DNA of 64,000 bases, taken from positions 6,141-70,140 of the IMG/VR virus record IMGVR_UViG_3300021356_000012, one strand, 5' to 3'. This document shows, piece after piece, positions 30,491-39,829 of this stretch (position 1 is the stretch's first letter; each line of letters begins with the position of its first letter). This DNA comes from a virus. Both the position numbers and the translations under genes were made by a program. The notes beneath the pieces are model-generated. The model ran no database searches and had not been told where the DNA came from. It saw nothing but the letters and a program-made list of their open reading frames with translations.

Positions 30491-32314
30491 ATGGCATTAT
30501 CAAATCCATCTGCTTCGCCTGCCGTAACTGTAAGAGAAATTGATCTGTCTGGCGTTGCGCCAAACGTTCAAACTACTACAGGTGCATTTGTAGGCAATTT
30601 TCGATGGGGTCCAGTTGACAAAAAGGTTCTTCTATCCGGAGAAGGTGACCTAGCGTCAACGTTCCACACGCCATCGAAAACAAACGCTGTGGACTTTATG
30701 TCTGCGGCATACTTTTTAAAATATTCTAGTTCACTTTTTGTCGTACGTCAAGTAACGTCTGACGCACTGAACGCGGCCACTTCTATAGACGAGGCTGTCT
30801 TACTGTCCCCTGCACAACCGGAAGTCCCTGCAACATATGTTGTTGACTCAGACGGTAATCCAGTTGTTGACTCAGACGGTAATCCAGTTGTTGATACTCC
30901 GGCGGTACCTGCTGTAGATGCGGTTTATTCTAACCCAGACCAAGCGGTTGTCGTTAAGAACGCAGACGCTTGGGAGTCAATGGTATGGGATACTTCACTA
31001 GGTTCATTCGTTGCAAAGTACCCTGGCCTTCTAGGTAACTCACTGTCCGTACATGTATATACTGCAGAGATGACTTCTGCAAATTTCTCTGGATGGGCGT
31101 ACTCTAACTGGTTTACTGGTGCACCAGAGACATCTCCATTCGCAGAAGACCGTGGTTGTCACCATGATGAGGTCCACGTAGTTGTAACAGATAGACTAGG
31201 TCACATCACAGGTACTCCTGGCTCAGTATTAGAGACATTCCCATTCGTATCAGTCGCCGCCGATGCAAAGGCACCGGACGGTTCACCTAACTACATCAAG
31301 GACGTAATTGATACACAATCTGCATACGTATGGTTCGGTGGTTTTGGTGATGAACTATCATGGGGTGCAAATTCTGGTTCAGAGGCTATAGTAGGTTCTG
31401 ACACACACTTCGGTGGTTCTGGTGCAGCAAGCGCAGACTTCGACGGCGGTGCAGACTCAGGTCAATTAGGGACATTCGACTACAGTCCGTTTGCAGATGT
31501 AGACGACGTACAGGTAGACTTCCTAATTTGTCCAGCCGAAGGTGACATCTCCGCATTAAACGCTATCGCAGTTAAACGTAAAGATTGCGTTGCAGTCGCA
31601 TCACCACCAAGGGCTATGGTATCTAACCCAGTCCAAGTAGAGTCGTGGGCAAAGAGTCTAACATTTAGTTCATCATACGTTGTCATCGACAACAACTGGT
31701 TAAAAGTGTACGACAAGTACAATGACCAATATGTTACTATCCCAGCGGCATCGTCTACTGCGGGTGTTATGGCGGCAACTGACGCAAGTGCAGCGCCATG
31801 GTTCTCACCAGCAGGTCAGCGTCGTGGTCAGTACCTAGGCGTAACTGACATCGTCGCCCATCCAGACAAGGGTGACCGAGACATGCTATATAAAGTAGGC
31901 GTTAACCCTATCGCAAACATCCCAGGCCAAGGTGTCATCCTATTTGGTGACAAGACGTTCCTAAACCGTCCGTCTGCATTCGACCGCATCAATGTCCGTC
32001 GTATGTTCTTAGCGATTGAGCGTTCAATCTCAATTGCCGGTCGTAACGTAATGTTTGAGTTCAACGATGAGTTCACTCGTGCAGAGTTTGTAAACATCGT
32101 AGAACCACTACTACGTGAGATTCAGGGTCGTCGAGGTATCACTGACTTTAGAGTAGTCTGTGATGAAACTAACAATACTCCTGCTGTCGTTGACCGCAAC
32201 GAGTTCGTCGCATCTATCTTCATCAAGCCTGCACGTTCTATCAACTTCGTGACACTAAACTTTGTCGCAGTTCGTAGTGGTGTGGATTTTGAAGAAGTTG
32301 TTGGCGTAGTATAA
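30491..32314 (+). CDS. gp18: Tail sheath protein gp18
   Basis: SPAVTVREIDL...F.WGP; PWFSPAG; SAFDRINVRR; IKPARSINF. Confidence 0.96.
   Translation: MALSNPSASPAVTVREIDLSGVAPNVQTTTGAFVGNFRWGPVDKKVLLSGEGDLASTFHTPSKTNAVDFMSAAYFLKYSSSLFVVRQVTSDALNAATSIDEAVLLSPAQPEVPATYVVDSDGNPVVDSDGNPVVDTPAVPAVDAVYSNPDQAVVVKNADAWESMVWDTSLGSFVAKYPGLLGNSLSVHVYTAEMTSANFSGWAYSNWFTGAPETSPFAEDRGCHHDEVHVVVTDRLGHITGTPGSVLETFPFVSVAADAKAPDGSPNYIKDVIDTQSAYVWFGGFGDELSWGANSGSEAIVGSDTHFGGSGAASADFDGGADSGQLGTFDYSPFADVDDVQVDFLICPAEGDISALNAIAVKRKDCVAVASPPRAMVSNPVQVESWAKSLTFSSSYVVIDNNWLKVYDKYNDQYVTIPAASSTAGVMAATDASAAPWFSPAGQRRGQYLGVTDIVAHPDKGDRDMLYKVGVNPIANIPGQGVILFGDKTFLNRPSAFDRINVRRMFLAIERSISIAGRNVMFEFNDEFTRAEFVNIVEPLLREIQGRRGITDFRVVCDETNNTPAVVDRNEFVASIFIKPARSINFVTLNFVAVRSGVDFEEVVGVV
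30839..30894 (+). repeat. 24-bp perfect tandem repeat (about 2.3 copies) within gp18, encoding VVDSDGNP
   Basis: gttgttgactcagacggtaatcca x2 plus gttgttga. Confidence 0.9.
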
Positions 32315-32324
32315 GGAGATAGTC

Positions 32325-32846
32325 ATGTCACTTAGAGTCGATGATTTTAAAGCAAAACTAAAGGGCGGCGGTGCACGCTCCAATCTATTCAAAGCGACCG
32401 TTAACTTCCCTGCATACGCAGGTGGTGACGCGGAACTAACTTCATTCATGTGTAAGGCTGCACAGTTGCCTGCATCTGTAATGAACGTTATTGAAGTTCC
32501 ATTCCGTGGTCGTCAGTTGAAGATTGCAGGTGACCGTACATTCGAACCTTGGAACGTAACCGTATTGAACGATACAGGTTTTGAGGTACGTAACGCTATG
32601 GAACGTTGGATGAACGGTATCAATGCACACAGTGCAAACACTGGTCTAACCAACCCTGTTACATATCAAGCAGATTTGATTGTAGAACAACTTGACAAAG
32701 ACGGTTCAGTCATCAAAACTTATAACTTCCGTGGTTGTTTCCCAACCAACATGTCTTCGATAGACGTGAGTTATGAGAACGAAGCGATTGAAGAGTTCAC
32801 TGTCGAATTCCAAGTGCAATACTGGGAAGCGAATACAACAAGTTAA
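32325..32846 (+). CDS. gp19: Tail tube protein gp19
   Basis: GGGARSNLF...FRGRQLKIAGDRTFEPW...IEEFTVEF. Confidence 0.95.
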   Translation: MSLRVDDFKAKLKGGGARSNLFKATVNFPAYAGGDAELTSFMCKAAQLPASVMNVIEVPFRGRQLKIAGDRTFEPWNVTVLNDTGFEVRNAMERWMNGINAHSANTGLTNPVTYQADLIVEQLDKDGSVIKTYNFRGCFPTNMSSIDVSYENEAIEEFTVEFQVQYWEANTTS

Positions 32847-32867
32847 ATATGATATACATATAGAATC

Positions 32868-32887
32868 GGTGGGGGTAAAACCCCACC
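32868..32887 (+). terminator. Hairpin between gp19 and gp20 (weak terminator or processing site)
   Basis: GGTGGGG-GTAAAA-CCCCACC; no clear U-tract. Confidence 0.45.
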
Positions 32888-32907
32888 CATTCATAATGTG
32901 AGGCATC

Positions 32908-34422
32908 ATGGCAGAGAACAACAACATTTTTCAGGCGTTCGGATTCGAGTTAAAACGAATCGCAAAACAACGAGAGGAAGATAAGAAGGCACCATCCATC
33001 GTACCAAAAATCGATGAGGATGGGGCTGGTTATGTCACTGCATCTGGTTCCTATTTCGGTCAGTACATCGACCTTGACGGTACTGGCGCAAAGGACAATC
33101 AAGAGCTCATTCGCAAATATCGCGTAATTGCAGAACATCCAGAAGTTGATGCTGCGATTGAAGATATCGTGAACGAGGCGATTGTCGCGGGTGAGTTGGA
33201 ATCCACAATCACCATCAATCTGGACAAAGTAGAAGCTCCAGACCGAATTAAAAAGACTGTCACCGAGGAGTTCAACAACATTGTCTCAATGTTTAACTTC
33301 GAAGAATACGGGCACGATATATTTCGTTCGTGGTACGTAGACGGTCGTCTATACCATCACCTTGTGGTCAACGAGTTAAACTTAAAGGCGGGCATCCAAG
33401 AAATCCGTCCTATTGATTCAACTAAGATTCGCAAGGTAAAAGAAATCCAACATAAGAAAGACCCTAAGACAGGTGCAAAACTTGTAGATAAAGTCAATGA
33501 CTTTTACATCTACCAAGAACGCGCAGGCGCTAACAATGGTATCAAGTTGACCAGCGACTCCGTATCTTATGTTACTTCAGGATTGTTAGACACGTCGAAG
33601 AAGCGTGTACTATCATATATGCACAAGGCAATCAAGCCGGTCAATCAGTTGCGTATGATGGAAGACTCTCTAGTCATCTATCGTATGGCACGTGCACCAG
33701 AACGTCGTATCTTCTACATCGACGTGGGTAACCTACCGAAGGGTAAGGCAGAACAACACATCAAGGACATCATGTCGCGTTACCGCAACAAGGTGGTCTA
33801 TGATGCGAACTCTGGTGAAATTAAAGATGACCGCAAACACATGTCGATGCTAGAAGACTTCTGGTTACCACGTCGTGAAGGTGGACGTGGTACTGAGATA
33901 AGTACACTGCCTGGGGGCGAGAACTTAGGTCAGATCGACGATATCCTTTATTTCCAAAAGAAGCTGTACCGTTCATTGAACGTACCATTGAATCGTCTGG
34001 AGCAAGAGGCTCAGTTCTCACTGGGTAGGTCAACGGAAATCAACCGTGACGAAGTTAAGTTCCAGAAATTTATTGACCGTCTCCGTAAGAAATTCTCAGG
34101 ACTCTTCATCGGTGTTCTAAAAAAACAGTTAATCATGAAGGGTGTCTGCACCGAGCAGGATTGGGAAGAATGGAGAACGGAAATACAGGTTGACTACAAC
34201 CGTGATAACCATTTTGCAGAGATGAAGGACGCAGAGATTCTGCGTGAGCGTCTACAGACAATGGACCAGATATCACAATATGTAGGTGAATATTTCTCAC
34301 GTGAGTGGGTAATGAAAAACGTCATGATGTTTAATGACGAAGACATTGAAAATATGCGTAAGGAAGTTGAGGGAGAAAATTCCCGAGGCGAAGACAACGC
34401 GGATGAAGAACCGGAGATGTAA
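32908..34422 (+). CDS. gp20: Portal protein gp20
   Basis: YRMARAPERRIFYIDVGNLPK.KAEQ; EDFWLPRREGGRGTEISTLPGG. Confidence 0.97.
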   Translation: MAENNNIFQAFGFELKRIAKQREEDKKAPSIVPKIDEDGAGYVTASGSYFGQYIDLDGTGAKDNQELIRKYRVIAEHPEVDAAIEDIVNEAIVAGELESTITINLDKVEAPDRIKKTVTEEFNNIVSMFNFEEYGHDIFRSWYVDGRLYHHLVVNELNLKAGIQEIRPIDSTKIRKVKEIQHKKDPKTGAKLVDKVNDFYIYQERAGANNGIKLTSDSVSYVTSGLLDTSKKRVLSYMHKAIKPVNQLRMMEDSLVIYRMARAPERRIFYIDVGNLPKGKAEQHIKDIMSRYRNKVVYDANSGEIKDDRKHMSMLEDFWLPRREGGRGTEISTLPGGENLGQIDDILYFQKKLYRSLNVPLNRLEQEAQFSLGRSTEINRDEVKFQKFIDRLRKKFSGLFIGVLKKQLIMKGVCTEQDWEEWRTEIQVDYNRDNHFAEMKDAEILRERLQTMDQISQYVGEYFSREWVMKNVMMFNDEDIENMRKEVEGENSRGEDNADEEPEM

Positions 34423-34425
34423 ATA

Positions 34426-34779
34426 ATGAGCGATGAACAATCACAAGATGTTGAAACACTTGAGTTGGACAACGACGTAGAGACTACTGAAGAAGAGGTC
34501 GCCGTTGACCCTACTATGAGCTTTGTCGATGCACTTGCATCGGGAAACTTTAATGATGCAGAAACACTATTTAATGATATTCTAGGTGACAAGTTGCAAG
34601 ACACACTTGACGCAGAGAAAATCGCTGTCGCTGGACAGATATTTAATGGTGAACCAGATTATGAGGAAGACTTTACCGAAGATGATGTTGAGTATGGTGA
34701 AGAGGCCTCGGAGTTTGGTTCTGCTGAAGAAGTTGAGGTCGAAGAGACCGACGAAGAAGTCGTAGAAACTGAAGAGTGA
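34426..34779 (+). CDS. Acidic prohead core protein (gp67-like)
   Basis: Very acidic small ORF between portal and protease, as in T4. Confidence 0.6.
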   Translation: MSDEQSQDVETLELDNDVETTEEEVAVDPTMSFVDALASGNFNDAETLFNDILGDKLQDTLDAEKIAVAGQIFNGEPDYEEDFTEDDVEYGEEASEFGSAEEVEVEETDEEVVETEE

Positions 34780-34832
34780 TAAACATCGGGCAGCTGTCCG
34801 TTTAGTAAATTATTCCTTGTTAGAACCGTATC

Positions 34833-34855
34833 ACGCCTCTCTGTAGGGGCGTTTT
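34833..34855 (+). terminator. Terminator hairpin
   Basis: ACGCCTCT-CTGT-AGGGGCGT followed by TTT. Confidence 0.6.
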
Positions 34856-34897
34856 GCATTACGTTATAACAAAATGTTACGTTAAAAATTTTTTTTG

Positions 34898-34905
34898 TAT
34901 AAATA
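34898..34905 (+). promoter_or_regulatory. Late promoter TATAAATA
   Basis: Exact consensus. Confidence 0.8.
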
Positions 34906-34923
34906 ATACAAAAAGAGGGTGTT

Positions 34924-35121
34924 ATGAAAACATTTCGACAACTAAGAGAAAATAAGGCTGTCTTTAATAAAAAGATGGGCGGTTATCCGGTTGTCATCAC
35001 CAAGATGCCGAAAGGCTTCGAATTGAAGATTGACGGTGATAATGTAGATGTTTTCAAAACACAACGTGAGGCGGAGAAAACCGCGAAACAGGTCCTCAAG
35101 GACTTAGGAAAAATAAAATGA
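34924..35121 (+). CDS. Small basic protein (gp68-like prohead core position)
   Basis: MKTFRQLRE start typical of capsid-targeted proteins; synteny. Confidence 0.55.
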   Translation: MKTFRQLRENKAVFNKKMGGYPVVITKMPKGFELKIDGDNVDVFKTQREAEKTAKQVLKDLGKIK

Positions 35122-35777
35122 AACTGATTAGCGAATACGTAGAAGACGACATCGAATGCATCGTTGAAGCCAAAGAGAACGGCGAGAAGAACTATGTCAT
35201 TGAAGGTGTGTTCGCGCAAGCAGATCAAAAGAATCGTAACGGCCGTGTTTACCCTAAGGCAATTATGGAAAGGGCGGTAGGCACGTACGTTGAAAATCAG
35301 GTTAGCAAGAAAAGGGCCGTCGGTGAACTGAATCACCCAGAGGGCCCGACTGTTAACTTGGATAAAGTTTCCCACTTAATTACTGACTTGAAATTGGAAG
35401 GTAATAATGTGATTGGAAAGGCACAAATATTGGATACTCCAATGGGTCAGATTGTAAAAGGTCTCCTAGAGGGCGGTGTTCAATTAGGCGTGTCAACTCG
35501 TGGAATGGGAAGTCTTGAGAGTAGAAACGGCGTCATGTACGTCAAAGAGGATTTCATCCTTAGTACGGTAGATATCGTACAGGACCCCTCTGCACCAGAT
35601 GCATTTGTTAATGGTATAATGGAAGGTGTAGATTGGGTTTGGAATAACGGAATCCTAGAGCCTCAAGCGATTGAAGAGATAGAGACTGAAATCAAAACAG
35701 CACCGGCTGCAGTTCGACCTGAAGTGCAAATACGTGAGTTTAAGAATTTCCTCTCGTTAATCAAATCTAAACTATAA
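35118..35777 (+). CDS. gp21: Prohead protease gp21
   Basis: NRNGRVYP, GELNHP, LGVSTRGMGSL, DIVQDPSAPDAFV. Confidence 0.96.
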   Translation: MKLISEYVEDDIECIVEAKENGEKNYVIEGVFAQADQKNRNGRVYPKAIMERAVGTYVENQVSKKRAVGELNHPEGPTVNLDKVSHLITDLKLEGNNVIGKAQILDTPMGQIVKGLLEGGVQLGVSTRGMGSLESRNGVMYVKEDFILSTVDIVQDPSAPDAFVNGIMEGVDWVWNNGILEPQAIEEIETEIKTAPAAVRPEVQIREFKNFLSLIKSKL

Positions 35778-35787
35778 GGAGTCATCT

Positions 35788-36843
35788 ATGACTGATCTTA
35801 ATCAAGAAGTCGAAGTTGAAATCCGCGATACAGATGTTGAAACTAACGATGTAGCGGAGGAGACTCTTGACGAAGCGAAAGAGCCAGGTACTAACGGCGA
35901 TGCAAAATCTGTGAAGGGACAACCTGTCTCTGAGCCAGAGTCAATCGCATCTGTCGATAAAGCTGCAAAAGGCGCTACGACAAAACAATCACCACCAAAG
36001 ACTAAGGCAGGTATGTTGAACGCAATGTATCAGACTGCTTCAAAAATGAAGAAGACTGACCTAATGGCGGCGTACAAATCTGTATGTGAAGCGGCAGGTG
36101 TTGAGCTAGAAGATGTAGCGGAACTTGACACATCTGCAGAACTATCTGCAATCGTTGAAGGTGAAGCGACTCTATCTGAAGAATTCAAGGAAAAGACTGC
36201 GGTAATCTTCGAAGCAGCGGTAAAGACTAAGCTGTCTGAAGAAGTCACACGTCTTGAAGAACAGTATGCTGAAGAACTAGCCGAAGAGGTATCTTCTATC
36301 AAGGAAGACCTAGTCGGTAAAGTAGATTCATACCTAAACTATGTAGTTGAATCTTGGATGGAAGAAAACAAGTTGGCGGTACAGAACGGACTACGTACTG
36401 AAATCGCTGAAAACTTCATGAACTCAATGAAGGACCTATTCGTAGAGTCTTACGTTGAAGTTCCTGAGTCTAAGGTAGACCTAGTTGATGAACTAGCAGA
36501 GCAAGTATCTGAGTTGGAAGAGAAACTAAACTCAACTACTGGTGACGCTATTTCACTTGCAGAGGAACTAGAGACTTACAAGCGTAACACTATTATCGCT
36601 GAAGCCTCTCGTGACCTTGCAGACACTCAAGCAGAAAAGTTACGTGAACTTGCAGAGAGCGTAGACTTCGAGAGCGAAGACCAATTCGTCAAGAAAGTTG
36701 CGACTATCAAAGAATCATACTTTTCAAAAGAAATCCCAGAGCAAATTGAAGAATCAGTTTCAGAAGAAGCTGAAGAAGAAGTGGAAGTATCCGGCCTAAT
36801 GGAGAACTACTTGACTGCTCTACGTAAAACCTCTAAAAAATAA
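35788..36843 (+). CDS. gp22: Prohead scaffold gp22
   Basis: LSEEFKEK...IFEAAV; VDSYLNYVVE.W..EN.LAV..GL. Confidence 0.93.
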   Translation: MTDLNQEVEVEIRDTDVETNDVAEETLDEAKEPGTNGDAKSVKGQPVSEPESIASVDKAAKGATTKQSPPKTKAGMLNAMYQTASKMKKTDLMAAYKSVCEAAGVELEDVAELDTSAELSAIVEGEATLSEEFKEKTAVIFEAAVKTKLSEEVTRLEEQYAEELAEEVSSIKEDLVGKVDSYLNYVVESWMEENKLAVQNGLRTEIAENFMNSMKDLFVESYVEVPESKVDLVDELAEQVSELEEKLNSTTGDAISLAEELETYKRNTIIAEASRDLADTQAEKLRELAESVDFESEDQFVKKVATIKESYFSKEIPEQIEESVSEEAEEEVEVSGLMENYLTALRKTSKK

Positions 36844-36854
36844 GGAAGACTGAA

Positions 36855-38132
36855 ATGAATCAATCATTCGACAAATTGATCGAAAAGTGGTCTCCAGTTC
36901 TTAATGAAGAATCTGCGGGCACTATCACGGATCATCACAAGAAGGCTGTAACTGCAGCTATCCTAGAAAACCAAGAACGCGCAATGATCGAAGAGCGCAC
37001 TGCAATGTCTGGCTTCATCACTGAAGATGTAGCAGGTGGTGCGAACACTGGTTCTGCAGCGAACTGGGACCCAGTCCTAATCTCGCTAGTACGTCGTGCA
37101 ATGCCAAACCTAATGGCGTATGACATCTGTGGTGTTCAGCCAATGTCTGGTCCAACTGGCCTAATCTTCGCGATGAAGTCACGTTACGGTTCAGGTAAGA
37201 CTACTTCACCAGAAGCCCTATTCCAAGAAGCTGATACTGGTTTCTCTGGTCAAGGTGCTCACCCTGCAGGCGAAGCGATGCCAACTGCATCTGCTGAGTC
37301 TCTAGGCGCAGGCGGTGTTGACGTTAACGGCAACCCATCCGGCGATTTCTCAGAGATGGGTTTCACTATCGAGAAGGCGACTGTAACTGCTAAGTCACGT
37401 GCATTGAAGGCGGAATACTCGCTAGAACTTGCACAAGACTTGAAAGCGATTCACGGCCTAGACGCTGAAACTGAGTTGGCGAACATCTTGTCAACTGAGA
37501 TTCTAGCGGAAATCAACCGTGAAGTTGTTCACGCTATCAACTCTACTGCAATCCAAGGTGCAACTACTGGTAACATCAATGTCCCAGGCACTTTCGACCT
37601 AGACCTAGACGCTGATGGCCGTTGGTCTGCAGAGAAGTTCAAGGGTCTAGTTGTACAACTTGACCGTGAAGCAAACCAAATCGCGAAAGAAACTCGTCGC
37701 GGTAAGGGTAACGTCGTAGTATGTTCTTCTGACGTTGCAACTGCACTAGCAGCTTCTGGTATGTTGGACTACACTCCAGCGATGTCTACTTCATTGTCAA
37801 TCGACGATACTGGTAACACTTTCGCAGGTACTCTAAACGGTCGCATCAAGGTCTACATCGACCCATATGCATCAGCTGACTACATCACTGTAGGCTACAA
37901 GGGTACTAACGCATACGACGCAGGTATCTTCTACTGCCCATACGTACCACTACAGATGGTCAAGGCAGTTGGCGAGAATGACTTCCAGCCACGTATCGGG
38001 TTCAAGACTCGTTACGGCATGGTGTCAAACCCATTCGTAGGTGCAACCCCACCAAGCGGTATCGCACCAAACAACATCTACTACCGTTCATTCGCGGTAG
38101 CGAACATCATGGGTACTTCTGGTACTGTATAA
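36855..38132 (+). CDS. gp23: Major capsid protein gp23
   Basis: LVRRAMPNLMAYDICGVQPMSGPTGLIFAM; AKSRALKAEYSLELAQDLKAIHGLDAE; FQPRIGFKTRYG. Confidence 0.98.
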   Translation: MNQSFDKLIEKWSPVLNEESAGTITDHHKKAVTAAILENQERAMIEERTAMSGFITEDVAGGANTGSAANWDPVLISLVRRAMPNLMAYDICGVQPMSGPTGLIFAMKSRYGSGKTTSPEALFQEADTGFSGQGAHPAGEAMPTASAESLGAGGVDVNGNPSGDFSEMGFTIEKATVTAKSRALKAEYSLELAQDLKAIHGLDAETELANILSTEILAEINREVVHAINSTAIQGATTGNINVPGTFDLDLDADGRWSAEKFKGLVVQLDREANQIAKETRRGKGNVVVCSSDVATALAASGMLDYTPAMSTSLSIDDTGNTFAGTLNGRIKVYIDPYASADYITVGYKGTNAYDAGIFYCPYVPLQMVKAVGENDFQPRIGFKTRYGMVSNPFVGATPPSGIAPNNIYYRSFAVANIMGTSGTV

Positions 38133-38179
38133 GTCCCATTAGTTCAATAAAAAGAACTGGCTTCAAGCTAGTCATTTTA

Positions 38180-38206
38180 GGGGAGTCTTCGGACTCCCTT
38201 TTTTTT
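38180..38206 (+). terminator. Rho-independent terminator after gp23
   Basis: GGGAGTC-TTCG-GACTCCC plus a long T tract. Confidence 0.92.
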
Positions 38207-38209
38207 GTG

Positions 38210-38217
38210 TATAAATA
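38210..38217 (+). promoter_or_regulatory. Late promoter TATAAATA
   Basis: Exact consensus upstream of gp3. Confidence 0.8.
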
Positions 38218-38237
38218 TGGACTACTGAGGACATATT

Positions 38238-38708
38238 ATGAGTCTAACAACTAACAAAAACTTTTTGCAACCTACGGGATTCCGTGTCATCATCGACCGC
38301 GAGAAGTACGCGAACCTAGAATTCTTTGCACAGTCAGTGCAACACCCTGGCTCGTCTGTTGATGCGCGTGATATACCTATCCCTAAGTTTGCTGCAATAC
38401 CTATCGCAGGTGACAAGATTACTTACAGTGAGTTGAACATCAACTTGATTGTGGATGAAGACATGTCCGCATACAAGGAGATGCAGTCGTGGTTAGAAAG
38501 ACTCATAGATACGCCAGATACCCCAGACCTATATAATGATGTGACTGTCATTATACTTACCAGTCACAATAACACGAACAGACAGATACGTTATAAGAAT
38601 TGTATCCCAGTAATGATTGGGTCGATTGAGTTTACCTCAACAGTCGGAGACACGACGTTTGTTACCTTTGACGCATCGTTTAGGTTTAGTTCATTTGAGA
38701 TATTATGA
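38238..38708 (+). CDS. gp3: Tail completion / tube terminator gp3
   Basis: NFLQPTGF...FFAQSV..PG...GDKITY..L...VDEDM..Y.E...W; position after gp23 as in marine T4-likes. Confidence 0.85.
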   Translation: MSLTTNKNFLQPTGFRVIIDREKYANLEFFAQSVQHPGSSVDARDIPIPKFAAIPIAGDKITYSELNINLIVDEDMSAYKEMQSWLERLIDTPDTPDLYNDVTVIILTSHNNTNRQIRYKNCIPVMIGSIEFTSTVGDTTFVTFDASFRFSSFEIL

Positions 38709-39352
38709 GTTTAAAGAAATATGAGATTAGGAACGTTAACGTTCTTAATATCCTTGAAGATTTTCGCTTCACGTACCGTGAGCTCTATCAACCGGAAAAG
38801 ACGAACGAATGTTTGTTCGAACGTATGGCTGGTGAGGCTGATAAGTGGTGTGGTGATGAACACCTACAAACCCTATACAACATGGGTGAGGCGCATGATG
38901 GTGCGGCTGATACCTCTGTCTGTTATCCTATCAAACCAAAACACTACAACGGGACTCACCCCGAAGAATACCGTAAGACGTGGGAGGCTCTCGACCAACA
39001 ACTCAAAGAAGAGTTGGGGGTTCGATGCAGCGCACTATCTACACTTTACCCACCCGATGGTTTTATTGGGTGGCATAACAACGCGAACGCATCTGAACAC
39101 AATCTTATTTTCACATGGTCCGAAAGAGGAGATGGGTGGTTCAAGTTTATCGAACCATCTACTGGTGAAGAAGTCGTCATTCAGGATGAGCTAGGATGGA
39201 ATTTGAAGGCGGGATATTTTGGTGCCTATGGGTCAGATGACGTTGTCTACCATTGCGCACACACGAAATGTTTTCGCATGACGCTGAGTTACACCTTGGG
39301 TCATGACTTTGATTTTTGGCAAGATTGTATTGACTACATCACTAATCCGTGA
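38705..39352 (+). CDS. Cupin/2OG-Fe(II) oxygenase-like protein, paralog of 14794..15504
   Basis: YPPDGFIGWHNNANA...NLIF.WS..G.G.F...GW..KAGYFG...YHCA...R. Confidence 0.55.
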   Translation: MSLKKYEIRNVNVLNILEDFRFTYRELYQPEKTNECLFERMAGEADKWCGDEHLQTLYNMGEAHDGAADTSVCYPIKPKHYNGTHPEEYRKTWEALDQQLKEELGVRCSALSTLYPPDGFIGWHNNANASEHNLIFTWSERGDGWFKFIEPSTGEEVVIQDELGWNLKAGYFGAYGSDDVVYHCAHTKCFRMTLSYTLGHDFDFWQDCIDYITNP

Positions 39353-39358
39353 TATACT
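39330..39358 (+). promoter_or_regulatory. Sigma70-type promoter for uvsY
   Basis: TTGACT-17 bp-TATACT. Confidence 0.75.
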
Positions 39359-39385
39359 ATACCTTTTGCACCGTAGGTTTACACG

Positions 39386-39829
39386 ATGGATTTAGATTCT
39401 ATACAGAAGGAATGGGCCGAGGACTGTGAGATTCCTCAGCACCAACTTGATGAAGTATCACGACAGACCCCTAGTCTACACGCCAAATATCTACAGTATC
39501 TATCATTAGCGAAACTGCAACTCAAACGCGCAGAGAACTCACAAAAGACTCTGTTGTTGCAGAAGTGGAAATATTACAACGGTAAGATGGACCAAGAAGA
39601 GTTGGTTGCAACTGGCTGGGAGTTAGACCCGTTCAATGGACTGAAGATATTGAAGGGTGACATGGACCTCTACTATGATGCGGACCCTGAGATACAGAAG
39701 TCCGAAGAGAGAATTGCGTACCTTAAAGTTGTTATAGATACACTAAAGGATATTGTTGACACTCTAAAGTGGAGACACCAAACCGTAAAGAATATGATTG
39801 AGTGGCGAAAGTTTGAGGCCGGTGGATAA
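39386..39829 (+). CDS. uvsY: Recombination mediator UvsY
   Basis: W..D..I....LD......P.LHAKY...KWKYYNGK...Y.DAD...IKNMIEW.KF.AG-like C-terminus. Confidence 0.88.
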   Translation: MDLDSIQKEWAEDCEIPQHQLDEVSRQTPSLHAKYLQYLSLAKLQLKRAENSQKTLLLQKWKYYNGKMDQEELVATGWELDPFNGLKILKGDMDLYYDADPEIQKSEERIAYLKVVIDTLKDIVDTLKWRHQTVKNMIEWRKFEAGG

